Assembly: GCA_042216675.1 (NCBI GenBank)
Contig: JBDGTS010000021.1
Coordinates: forward strand, 1 to 48,628
Length of the DNA stretch: 48,628 nucleotides
Direction: 5' to 3'
Source of the DNA: Halobacteriaceae archaeon
GTDB taxonomy: Archaea; Halobacteriota; Halobacteria; Halobacteriales; Halobacteriaceae
The notes under the pieces were generated by a model. The model made no database searches and was not told where the DNA came from. It saw only the letters and a list, made by a program, of their open reading frames with translations. The translations under genes and the position numbers were made by a program. Shown piece by piece: positions 8,118-16,915 of the stretch (within the stretch, counting starts at the first letter, position 1; the number at the start of each line of letters is the position of its first letter).

Positions 8118-10913
8118 TTACTCCGCGCGGAGTGCGAGCGAGACCGAACCGACCAGACGCTCGCCTTCTTCGACCGTCGGGTCCTCGTTGAGCAGTTCGT
8201 AGCGGTCCAGCAGTTCGAGGCCGACGCCCGCGAGCGAGCGGTCGAGGACGAACAGGTCCGTCGCGTCGTCGCCGGCCGCACAGCGCACGTGCTGGTCGCC
8301 GTTGCCGTGCACGACGACGCCGCGGCCGTCGTCGTCCGTCACCGCGGCCGTCCGGACGTTTCGTTTCGTGCTACGGAAGTCGTTGGTCCCCCGCGACGTG
8401 GCGCTCGCCGCCCACGGCCGCGTCCGGTCGAGGGTGTCCGCGTCGCCGTCCACGGCGTCGCGCGCGCCGAAGGCCCGCGCCGTGCCCTCGCGCCGGCCGA
8501 TGTGGTCGTCGGGGTACGTGCTCCACCGGGCGTCGCGGTCCCACGACAGGCGGTCGAGCGACGGCGAAAGCGGCAGGACGAGGCCGACTTCGCGGGCCGA
8601 CCGCTCCTCGTGGACCGTGAAGTCGTACGCCACCTCGAAGCCGTCGGCGCGCGGGCGCACCACGAACGACCCGCTCGCGGCGTCGATGGTGTCGTAGTAG
8701 TAGCCGCCCTCGATCTCCACGGCGCCGTCGTCACGCACGGAGACGGACTCACAGCGCCACGGGCTGAGGCGGCCGCTCATCGGTCGGCCGTATTCCGGCG
8801 GCACCGAGATGTCGCTCTGGGGCGGGGTCGCAACGAGCGCGGGTAGGCCGTCCGCCACAGTCGTCCCGTCCGGCGTCCGGAGAGTGACGTGCCCGCCGTT
8901 CCGGTCCACGGTGAGCGTCCCCGCGTCCGTTTCGACTGCAACCTCGGTGTCGGACTCGCGCATTGCCGGCGACGGTTCGACGTCCGCTTCAGCCCCATCG
9001 TTCTCGTCCCGTCGAATCGCGAACTCGTTGATGGCGAAGCCAGCGGGATGGAGCACTCGGAGCGTCACCGTCTCGGCATCGGGAACCGGTAGCGTCGCGC
9101 GGTCGGACTCGCCGGGCGCCGCCGCCATCGCGACGGTGCCTCGCTCCCCGTCGGTCGTCCACTCGACGCGCCGGTCAGCGAGGTCCGCGAACGTGCTCCC
9201 GTTGGCTAGTTCGACCGTCACACCGTCCGCGGTCCACGTGGCGTCGACGAGCGTCACCGGCGCGTACACCTTCTTGACGTGCCAGTGCTCGGGGCGCTTC
9301 CGGCCGTGCCGGTCCACGACGCCCCAGCGGTACTCGGGGGTGTGATGGTCGAGGCCGGCCCAGATGGCCGCGCCCGTGAACGCGTCGAGGTCGGTGACGG
9401 CGTCCCAGCACGCTTCGAGGACGCGAACGTAGTCGTCCCGGAGGCCGGGGTCCGTCGCGAGTTCGCGGCCGTCGTAGCAGTAGGTGTGGGCGAACTCGTC
9501 GAACAGCACCGGGCGGTCGAAGTCCACGAAGTCGTCGAGGGACACCTGCGAGTCGCGGAGCGCGGGGTAGTGGTGGTTCGCCACGTCCACCACGCCGGCG
9601 GCGTCGTCGCGGTACATCCCCCAGTTGAACGTCACCGGGCGCGTCGGGTCCGCGCGCTTCACGACTCTGGCGATGGCTTCGAGGTTCGACCCCCAGTCGG
9701 ACTCGTTCGCGATGGACCAGACACAGACCGACGGGTGATTCTTGTCCCGGGCGACGATCTCGAGCGCCTGCCGGCACAGCGGCTCCCGGAACGACGGGTC
9801 GTCCGCCCGGTGGCTGTTCTCGAAGCGCATGAAGGCGATGGGCGCCTCCATCTCGATCACGATTCCCAGTTCGTCGCAGGCCTCCACGAACGCCTCCGAG
9901 GGCGGGTGGTGGCCCGTGCGGACGTAGTTGACGTTCGCTTCGCGGAGCCGTTCCGCGTCCCGTCGCGTCGCCGCGGCCGCGACGCTGATACCCCGGTCCG
10001 CGTCTGCCTCCCGCCAGTTCACTCCTCGGAGCGTCACCGACTCGCCGTTCAGCCGTAGCTGGTCGCCGTCCACTGTCACCTCGCGGAGGCCCACCGACTG
10101 CGCGACCCGCTCTCGCTCCCCGGCGTCGAGGGCGACCGTGACCTCGTACTGCCGGGGTTGTTCGGGGTTCCACGCCACGAACTCGTCGAGCGTCACTGTC
10201 GCCGTCGTCGTTCGCGTCTCGCCCGCCGGGACGCCCTCGACGCGCTCGTCCACCGTGGCGGCTACTGCCCCGTCCGGCGCGGTCAGCGTGACTTCCCACT
10301 GTGCGTCCGCGGCCGTCTCGCCGGCGTTTCGGACAGCCGTCTCGACCGTCACCTCCGCCACGTCGCCGAGGCTGGTACGCACGTCCACGTCCGCGAGGTG
10401 GCAGTCGGGGACGCGGAACAGCGTCACGTTTCGGACGAGGCCCGCGCCGGGACTCGCCTGCGAGGTGTCGTCGGCTACCGACCCCTCGGCGACGCCGACG
10501 GTCACGACGTTGTCCGGACCGGGGTCGACGGCGTCGGTCACGTCGAACTCGAAGGGCGTGTAGCCGCCGACGTGATCGCCGATTCGCTCGCCGTTCACCG
10601 ACACGACGGCGTCGCTGTACGCGCCGTCGAAGCGGAGGATGATGCGGCCGTCGCGCCACGCCTCGGGGACGCGGAACTCCCGTCGGTACCATCCTCGGCC
10701 GGATTCGACCTCGTATCCCCGTGTATTCCACTGGTTCGGGACCTCGTGGCGACGCCAGTCCGGGGCCGCCGGCGGCGCGTCGTCGGGGCCGGGCGCGAAC
10801 CGCCACGTGCCGTGGAGTGCCGTCCGCGCCGACTCGTCGGACGGGCGCGGCGTCAGTCGCACGTCGAGGTCCGGAAGCTCTCCCTCGTCGAGTGTGTATG
10901 CCTGGTGGTGCAT
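8118..10913 (-). CDS. GH2 glycoside hydrolase (beta-galactosidase/glucuronidase family)
   Basis: LRFDGAYS, HVGGYTPFEFDVT, LRGVNW, NVNYVRTGHHPP, KNHPSVCVWSIANES and DEFAH motifs. Confidence 0.9.
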   Translation of the reverse strand: MHHQAYTLDEGELPDLDVRLTPRPSDESARTALHGTWRFAPGPDDAPPAAPDWRRHEVPNQWNTRGYEVESGRGWYRREFRVPEAWRDGRIILRFDGAYSDAVVSVNGERIGDHVGGYTPFEFDVTDAVDPGPDNVVTVGVAEGSVADDTSQASPGAGLVRNVTLFRVPDCHLADVDVRTSLGDVAEVTVETAVRNAGETAADAQWEVTLTAPDGAVAATVDERVEGVPAGETRTTTATVTLDEFVAWNPEQPRQYEVTVALDAGERERVAQSVGLREVTVDGDQLRLNGESVTLRGVNWREADADRGISVAAAATRRDAERLREANVNYVRTGHHPPSEAFVEACDELGIVIEMEAPIAFMRFENSHRADDPSFREPLCRQALEIVARDKNHPSVCVWSIANESDWGSNLEAIARVVKRADPTRPVTFNWGMYRDDAAGVVDVANHHYPALRDSQVSLDDFVDFDRPVLFDEFAHTYCYDGRELATDPGLRDDYVRVLEACWDAVTDLDAFTGAAIWAGLDHHTPEYRWGVVDRHGRKRPEHWHVKKVYAPVTLVDATWTADGVTVELANGSTFADLADRRVEWTTDGERGTVAMAAAPGESDRATLPVPDAETVTLRVLHPAGFAINEFAIRRDENDGAEADVEPSPAMRESDTEVAVETDAGTLTVDRNGGHVTLRTPDGTTVADGLPALVATPPQSDISVPPEYGRPMSGRLSPWRCESVSVRDDGAVEIEGGYYYDTIDAASGSFVVRPRADGFEVAYDFTVHEERSAREVGLVLPLSPSLDRLSWDRDARWSTYPDDHIGRREGTARAFGARDAVDGDADTLDRTRPWAASATSRGTNDFRSTKRNVRTAAVTDDDGRGVVVHGNGDQHVRCAAGDDATDLFVLDRSLAGVGLELLDRYELLNEDPTVEEGERLVGSVSLALRAE

Positions 10914-10967
10914 CGTCGCGGCTCGGCCCAGCAAACGCCGCCCCCTGACTTAAAATAGGGGGGACGG

Positions 10968-11600
10968 TCAGTCCGACCGACCGAGGTGCGTGTCACAGAT
11001 GTAGCCACGGCGGAGCGCCGTTTCGACCTCGACGCGCGTCGTGCACTCCGGACAGGTGAGGTAGAACTGCACGGAGAGGTCCGCCTCCGTCGCGCCCGGA
11101 ATCTTCCCCTTGTTCGCCAGCGTCTCCAGCGTATCCGTAGCGTGATCGCGGGCGTTCTGCCGCGTGTAGTCGATGCTGGCGGCCTCCCAGTCACGCTCGC
11201 CTTCCCGGCCGGTGGACTTGCTCGCGCCGAGGCACTGCTTGAGATGGCGCGCCATCGTGGACCGGGTCGCGAAGCGCTGTTGGAGCTCCTCGCCGTCGAT
11301 GCCGTCGTGGGCGAGGTCGTCCATCACCTCTCGTGCCGCCACTTCGTCGTCACCGGTGAGGGCGTCGTACTCGCTCTCGATGCGGGTCGTCGTGACCCGG
11401 CGGCCGTGCTCGATGTACGTGCCGCGGAGCAGTTGCTTGTTGAACCACGCGACGAGGGGCCGGATACCGGTCGCATCGTAGTCGCCGTCGCCGCGCCACC
11501 GGGCGACGAGGTACTCGTCCATAGCGTCGTGGGCGTCGCCGGGTGGCTGTAGCTCGTGGCGTCGTGTAGCACGCCCGATCTTACAGCAGTCGTCTGCCAT
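10968..11600 (-). CDS. rdfA: Rod-determining factor RdfA family protein
   Basis: N-terminal CCKIGR and C-terminal CPEC...YICDTH. Divergent from an Sph3-like SMC gene, as in haloarchaeal rdfA/sph3 pairs. TTAAG at about -28. Confidence 0.8.
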   Translation of the reverse strand: MADDCCKIGRATRRHELQPPGDAHDAMDEYLVARWRGDGDYDATGIRPLVAWFNKQLLRGTYIEHGRRVTTTRIESEYDALTGDDEVAAREVMDDLAHDGIDGEELQQRFATRSTMARHLKQCLGASKSTGREGERDWEAASIDYTRQNARDHATDTLETLANKGKIPGATEADLSVQFYLTCPECTTRVEVETALRRGYICDTHLGRSD

Positions 11601-11683
11601 GTGTGTTGAGTGCGGCCGGGGGGACTTAAGTCGCACCCCCGTGGGAGCAAGGCTTTTGTTCGTGCCCTGATGAAACCTGAGTA

Positions 11684-13492
11684 ATGTGGGAAATCGATAT
11701 CGAGAACGTGGCCGGCATCAGGTCGGGGCGCGCGACGCTTCAGCCGGGACTGAACGTGGTGCAGGCCAGCAATTGGCAGGGGAAATCGAGCTTCCTCGCC
11801 GGTATCGAGACGGCGATGGGTACCGCGACGGCGCTCACGGACGGTGCCGAACGGGGCGCGGTGACGGTAGACGGCGACGGGATGGCCGTCTCGGTCACCC
11901 TCGAACGCGAGCACGGCCGCGTCGTCCGCACGGGTGACCCGTATCTCGTCGACGAGCAGGACCGCGCGTACGCCGACCTCTTCGCCTTCCTCAGCGAGGA
12001 CAACCCCGTGCGGAGCGCCGTGCGGCGCGGCGACAACCTCGAGGACGTGCTGACCCGCCCGCTCGACTTCGAGAACATCGACGAGCAGATAGCGGCCTAC
12101 CGGCGGGAGCGCGAGCAGGTCGAGTCCGAACTCCGGGAGGCCGAGCGGGCGCGTGACCGCCTCCCGGCGCTTCAGGAGCGGGTGACCGGACTCGAATCCG
12201 ACCTCGATGACCTCCGCGAGACGCGGGCGGCCCTCGACGACGAGACTGACGAGCACGAGGAACTGACCGCGGTCCGGGACAGCCTCAGCGACGCACGCGC
12301 CCAGCGAGACCAGCTCAGGAGCCGCATCGGCCGCCTCGAATCGAACGTCGAGAGCGCCGAGGACGAACTCGCGGCCAAGCGCGAGGCCCTCGCGGACGTC
12401 GAGGTGCCGGAGACCGAGGACTACGAGGAGCAGATCGAGGAGGCTCGCACGGAACTCGACCGCGTCGAGCGGCAAATCGACGTGTTGACCGACGTATACA
12501 ACGCGAACAGCCGCGTCCTCGACGAGGATCTTCTCGACCTCCTGACCGACGTGGAGCGAGGGCTGATGGAGGACACGCTCACGTGCTGGGTCTGCGGAGA
12601 GACGGCCGACCGGGACGCGTTCGAGAGCCGCCTCGCGGCCATCGACGACGCCACCCAGGATCTCCGGGCGGAGGCCGGCGATCTCCGTTCACAGATCGAG
12701 TCGCTCGAGGCTGACCGCGAGGCGCGCGAGACGGCCCAGCGCCGCGAGGCCGCGCTCGAGGAAGAGATATCGGACCTCAAGCAGCGCCGCGACGAGTACA
12801 CCGCGGAGCTAGAGCGCTCGCGCGACCGGTTAGCCGAACTCGAAGACGAAATCGCGGCCCTCGAAGACGAGATGGCGTCCCTCGAAGCCGACGTGGACGA
12901 GACGGAGTCCGAAATCACCGAGGTCGAGAGCGAGATCAAGTACACCGAGAGCGAACTCGAAGACGCGCGTGCCGACCTCGAAGCGGCCGAGGAGACGGCG
13001 GCCGAGGTAGACGCCCTCGAGGAGCGACGTGAATCCCTTGCCGAGCAGATCACGGAACTGCGGACCCGGAAGGACCGCCTCAAGCAAGACGCCCGCGAGG
13101 CCTTCGACGACGCCATGGCGGAGGTGTTGCCGGTCTTCGAACCGGGCTTCGAGCACGCTCGTCTCACGTCTCAGTTCGACCTCGTCGTGGTTCGCGACGG
13201 CCGCGAGGTGTCCATCGACGTGCTCAGTGAGGGGGAGGTCGAACTGCTCGGCTTCGTCGCGGCCCTGGCCGGCCACGAAGCGTTCGACGTGAGGGAACGC
13301 GTTCCCGTCATCCTCCTCGACGAGCTCGGCGGTCTCGCCACCGAGCATCTCCACCACCTCGTCGACTACTTCCGTGACCGGTCGCCCTACGTCGTCACGA
13401 CGGCGTATCCGGAAGCCGGCGACTTCGACGCCCACGTCGTCTCGCCCGACGGGTGGGAGGTCGTCTCCGACGACGTGGAGCGGGTGGCGTGA
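11684..13492 (+). CDS. sph3: Archaea-specific SMC-related protein (Sph3-like)
   Basis: ENVAGI, Walker A NWQGKSS, long acidic coiled coils with a central CWVCG hook, LSEGE signature and ILLDE Walker B. Confidence 0.85.
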   Translation: MWEIDIENVAGIRSGRATLQPGLNVVQASNWQGKSSFLAGIETAMGTATALTDGAERGAVTVDGDGMAVSVTLEREHGRVVRTGDPYLVDEQDRAYADLFAFLSEDNPVRSAVRRGDNLEDVLTRPLDFENIDEQIAAYRREREQVESELREAERARDRLPALQERVTGLESDLDDLRETRAALDDETDEHEELTAVRDSLSDARAQRDQLRSRIGRLESNVESAEDELAAKREALADVEVPETEDYEEQIEEARTELDRVERQIDVLTDVYNANSRVLDEDLLDLLTDVERGLMEDTLTCWVCGETADRDAFESRLAAIDDATQDLRAEAGDLRSQIESLEADREARETAQRREAALEEEISDLKQRRDEYTAELERSRDRLAELEDEIAALEDEMASLEADVDETESEITEVESEIKYTESELEDARADLEAAEETAAEVDALEERRESLAEQITELRTRKDRLKQDAREAFDDAMAEVLPVFEPGFEHARLTSQFDLVVVRDGREVSIDVLSEGEVELLGFVAALAGHEAFDVRERVPVILLDELGGLATEHLHHLVDYFRDRSPYVVTTAYPEAGDFDAHVVSPDGWEVVSDDVERVA

Positions 13493-13622
13493 GCGGCACG
13501 TATCGGTGAGACGGACTTAGGGTGTCTCATCTACGCGCGATGCGTTCCCTGTCAGCGAACCCACTGTCCTATAACGAGCGATAGCGGCGGCAACTGCCCA
13601 CGACGTTCGACGTGAGGGAACG
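13281..13622 (+). repeat. 19-bp exact direct repeat CGTTCGACGTGAGGGAACG at 13281-13299 and 13604-13622
   Basis: Read directly. Both copies are also preceded by CCACGA, with a 2-nt indel. Confidence 0.85.
13544..13621. promoter_or_regulatory. Two GTTC-N9-GAAC palindromes (13544-13560, 13605-13621), candidate IclR operators
   Basis: Same half-sites and spacing as the boxes upstream of the IclR gene. Confidence 0.45.
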
Positions 13623-13625
13623 ACG

Positions 13626-14525
13626 CTACTGATGGCGGATGTTCACCTCGATCTCGTTGGCCATCCCAAGGAGCATGTCCGCGATGTCGTTCGTGAGGCG
13701 GTCCTTCGTCATCCGCCGCGCGGGGCCGCCGACGCTGATGGCGCCGTAGACGCCGCCGTCGACGCGGCGGATGGGTGCACCGGCCGCGTGAACGCCCTCC
13801 ATCGATTCCTCGAAGTTGAACGCGATACCGCGCTCCCGGATCTCGGCGAGTTCGTTGTAGATGTCGTCGTGAGTCGTGATCGTCCGTTCGGTTTCGGCGT
13901 CGAGATCCATCTCCTCGAAGTCCTCGTCGAAGTCGTCGTCGGCGAGGAACTGGCGCGGTGCGTCCGAGAGGATGGCCTGCCGTGCGCTGACGGGGTCGCC
14001 CTCCGACGAGGGCCTCGTGGTGTCGGCCGCCTCAAGGTCGGTCGCTTCGACGATTTCCTCGATTCGCTCGTCCGGGAGGAACGCGAGAATCGCCTTTCCG
14101 GCGGCGATATCGTGGAGCGTCCGGTGCTCGCCGACGTGCTCGTGGGTTTGGATGGCCCGCCGCCCCGTCGCTCCGTAGAGATACACTGCCTGCCCGTTCC
14201 GCTCGATGACACACCACGCGCGCTCGTTGGTTTCCTCGGCGAGTTCGTCCACGCTCTGCTTGGCCGCCTTGAAGAGAGGGTGGTTGTTCCGCGCGAAGAT
14301 GCCGTAGTCGAGGAAGCGAAAGCCCACGTCGTACTGACCGTCGGTCCGGTCGAGGAAGCCGTGTTCCTCGAGGGTCGTGAGGTGGCCGTGAACCGTGCTC
14401 TTCGCCATGTCGAGTTCCTCGGCGATTTCGGTCACGCCGTGGCGGTCGTCCTCCCGAATCGCCCGCAGGATGGCGAGCAGGTTCTCGTCCGATTGTACCG
14501 TGTTCGACGTCCCGTCGGTGCCCAT
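13626..14525 (-). CDS. IclR family transcriptional regulator with an internal insertion
   Basis: HTH GVTEIAEELDMAKSTVHGHLTTL. Effector domain with AAGKAILA, IRERGIAFNFEE and GAISVGGP. Confidence 0.93.
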   Translation of the reverse strand: MGTDGTSNTVQSDENLLAILRAIREDDRHGVTEIAEELDMAKSTVHGHLTTLEEHGFLDRTDGQYDVGFRFLDYGIFARNNHPLFKAAKQSVDELAEETNERAWCVIERNGQAVYLYGATGRRAIQTHEHVGEHRTLHDIAAGKAILAFLPDERIEEIVEATDLEAADTTRPSSEGDPVSARQAILSDAPRQFLADDDFDEDFEEMDLDAETERTITTHDDIYNELAEIRERGIAFNFEESMEGVHAAGAPIRRVDGGVYGAISVGGPARRMTKDRLTNDIADMLLGMANEIEVNIRHQ

Positions 14526-14585
14526 GCTCCGACCATGTCGAACCACGGTTATAGTCCTTGCTCGGGTCGCAAACTGTTCGACGCG

Positions 14586-14676
14586 TGTTCGATTCTGACG
14601 AACAGGGTACCACTCCCGTCCTATATTCGTCGACGACAGCGCCTCAAATTATATCGCGTTCACTCTCGCCGAACGC
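14586..14676. promoter_or_regulatory. Two palindromes, TGTTCG-N7-CGAACA (14586-14604) and GCGTTC-N9-GAACGC (14656-14676), upstream of the IclR gene
   Basis: Perfect 6-bp inverted arms that share a GTTC-N9-GAAC core. Confidence 0.6.
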
Positions 14677-15950
14677 TATCGACCTGTCCCGACCGGCCCG
14701 AACTTCTCGATGGCGCGCCGGAGTTCAGCGTGGTCTTCGGCGTACTCTTCGAGGGGGACGCCCTCCATCGCGGCCGCCCAGCCCTGTTTGAGGTGCTCGA
14801 CGCCCGCGGCCGGGCCGTCAGGATGGCCCACGATGCCGCCGCCGGCGAGGTACATGCAGTCGACGTTTCCGAGCGCCTCGTACGTGTCGGGGGCCTGTCC
14901 CGCCCACTGTCCCGAGGAGAATACGGGCATCGCCACGTCGTCCTCCGCGATGGGGCGCTGGAGCGACTGAGCGGACTCGATGACCGACTCGTCGGACTCG
15001 CAGAACTTGTTCCGGATGCCGTTGACGTGAATGTGGTCGACGCCGGCCATCCGGAAGAGCTTCTGGTACGCCGTGAACTCGAAGCCCAGCTGTGGGCACC
15101 GGGAGAGCGCCCCCCAGCCGTTGCGGTGGCCGTGGATGGGGACCTCCGCGTGTTCGCGTAGCTTCGTCACGGCGCCGAGCCCGACGCTGTTCAGACTCAC
15201 CATCACGCAGTTCCCGCCCGCCTCCACGACGGCGTCGTGGCGCCGTAGCATCTCGTCCACGTCGCCGGTGATGTTGCAGGCGTACATCACCTCCTTGCCC
15301 GTCTCGGCCTCGTGTCTGTCGAGGACATCCATCACCGCTTCGATGCGCTCTTCGACGGGCGAGTACGGCGGGCTCGCGATCAGTTCGTCGTCCTTGATGA
15401 AGTCCACCCCCGCCGCCGCGAGGTCCGAGACGAGGTTCGCGGTGTCCTCGGGTTCGAGGCCGACGCTCGGCTTGATTATCGTCCCCACGATGGGGCGGTC
15501 CTGAACGTCCACCACGTCGCGGGTCCCCTCGATGCCGAAGGCGGGGCCGGGATAGGTCTCCGCAATCACGTCTGGAATCTCCACGTCGAGGAGGCGCAGG
15601 CCCGTGAAGTAGCGCAACTCGAAGAGGTTGCCCGCCACCGTCGTCTTGAGGTTCGGCAACGAAGCGCCGACGTTCTCGACGGGGATCGAGAGCTCCACTT
15701 CGGCGCGGGTGTACTCGTCGGGGTCGCCGTCGGATGGTGGTTCCGCGCCCGGGAGCGTCGGCTCGGATACCGTCCCGAGTTCCGTGATAGACTCCACGCT
15801 GGCGGCGTGTCGCTCCCGCAGTTCGTCCGTCTCGCCGGGCACATCGACGAACGTCCCCGAGGACTGCTCGCCGGCCATCGCCTCCGCCGCCTCGGAGAGC
15901 GGATGGGCCGTCTCGATGCGGTACGTCGCGCTGAAGCGCTCCGAAGCCAT
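14676..15950 (-). CDS. oiaT: RuBisCO-like protein (form IV), probable 3-oxo-isoapionate-4-phosphate transcarboxylase/hydrolase (OiaT; decarboxylase OiaX not excluded)
   Basis: AGEQSSGTF, GTIIKPSVGL, DFIKDDE, HGHRNG and GGGIVGHP motifs. Loop 6 is non-canonical (HVNGIRNKF). Divergent from an ApnO-like gene, with an OiaK-like kinase nearby. Confidence 0.75.
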   Translation of the reverse strand: MASERFSATYRIETAHPLSEAAEAMAGEQSSGTFVDVPGETDELRERHAASVESITELGTVSEPTLPGAEPPSDGDPDEYTRAEVELSIPVENVGASLPNLKTTVAGNLFELRYFTGLRLLDVEIPDVIAETYPGPAFGIEGTRDVVDVQDRPIVGTIIKPSVGLEPEDTANLVSDLAAAGVDFIKDDELIASPPYSPVEERIEAVMDVLDRHEAETGKEVMYACNITGDVDEMLRRHDAVVEAGGNCVMVSLNSVGLGAVTKLREHAEVPIHGHRNGWGALSRCPQLGFEFTAYQKLFRMAGVDHIHVNGIRNKFCESDESVIESAQSLQRPIAEDDVAMPVFSSGQWAGQAPDTYEALGNVDCMYLAGGGIVGHPDGPAAGVEHLKQGWAAAMEGVPLEEYAEDHAELRRAIEKFGPVGTGR

Positions 15951-15976
15951 CGTGACCACCCCTTCCGGCGCCCGGG

Positions 15977-16010
15977 TAGTAACTCTCCCGGTGGCGGAAT
16001 TACTATTGTA
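15977..16010. promoter_or_regulatory. Back-to-back TATA-like elements (TAGTAA...TTACTA inverted repeat) for the RLP and apnO genes
   Basis: TAGTAA at 15977-15982 and TTACTA at 16000-16005, each 27-40 nt from the respective ATG. Confidence 0.5.
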
Positions 16011-16039
16011 GTGGGGCGCGCCGCTGTTGGTGCGCGACC

Positions 16040-16885
16040 ATGACTCTCGCACTCACACTCGTCGGTGCCGGCGGCAAGATGGGGACTCGAATCACCGACG
16101 CCCTCGCGGACGACTCGGCCTACGACGTGCGCCACGTCGAACCGGGCGAGGATGGGCGCGAACGGCTTCGTGAACGGGGCGTCGAGCCGATACCACTCGA
16201 CGACGCCCTCGACGGCACCGACGCCGTCGTGATGGCCGTCCCGGACGAGGTCATCGGCGACGTCTGCACGGACGTGATCGAGCGTCTCGATGGGGATGCG
16301 CTGATCCTCCTCCTCGACCCTGCGGCCGCGTACGCCGGCGCCCTCCCGGACTCGGACGGCGTCTCCTACGTCGTCGCCCATCCCTGCCACCCCCCGCTGT
16401 TCACCGACGGCCTCGACGTGGACCCGGACGCCCGCGCGAACGACTACTTCGGCGGCGACGCGGCGCAGAGCGTCGTCTGCGCTCTTCACCGCGGCGACGA
16501 GGCCGACTACGACCGCGGCGCGCGCATCGCCCGCGACGTGTACGCCCCGGTCATCGACGTCCATCGACTGACGACCGAACAGATGGCGATTCTCGAACCC
16601 GCCCTCGTCGAGACGGTGACCGCGACGCTCCTCTACGCGATGCGGGAGGGACTGGAGCGCGCCGTCGAGATGGGCGTCCCCGAGGCGGCGGCCCGCGACT
16701 TCCTGTACGGCCATCTTCGCACGGAAGCGGCCATCGTCTTCGGCGAAGCCGACTTCCCGCTCTCGGACGCCGCACAGGCCGCCGTCGAGGACGCGATAGA
16801 CGACATCTTCACCGACGGCTGGGCGGATGCGGTGTTCGACCGGGAGGCCGTGCGTGAGAGCACGGCGCGAATCGCGTCGGAATAA
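16040..16885 (+). CDS. apnO: D-apionate oxidoisomerase-like protein (Rossmann fold plus PGDH C-terminal-like domain)
   Basis: GAGGKMG Rossmann motif, LDPAAAYAG, HPCHPPLF, QMAILEPALVET and ARDFLYGH. Adjacent to the RLP gene. Confidence 0.82.
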   Translation: MTLALTLVGAGGKMGTRITDALADDSAYDVRHVEPGEDGRERLRERGVEPIPLDDALDGTDAVVMAVPDEVIGDVCTDVIERLDGDALILLLDPAAAYAGALPDSDGVSYVVAHPCHPPLFTDGLDVDPDARANDYFGGDAAQSVVCALHRGDEADYDRGARIARDVYAPVIDVHRLTTEQMAILEPALVETVTATLLYAMREGLERAVEMGVPEAAARDFLYGHLRTEAAIVFGEADFPLSDAAQAAVEDAIDDIFTDGWADAVFDREAVRESTARIASE

Positions 16886-16915
16886 GGGATCGGTATCGGT
16901 TCGAGCGCCGTGCCG

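Noticed and set aside
11684-13492. SMC-based defence system (Wadjet/Lamassu) or Rad50
   Set aside because: No kleisin, nuclease or Mre11 partner. Size, motifs and the divergent rdfA match Sph3.
14676-15950. CO2-fixing RuBisCO (form III) or AMP-recycling pathway
   Set aside because: Loop 6 (HVNGIRNKF) and the PVFSSG motif deviate from true RuBisCO. The context is apnO/oiaK, not AMP phosphorylase or R15P isomerase.
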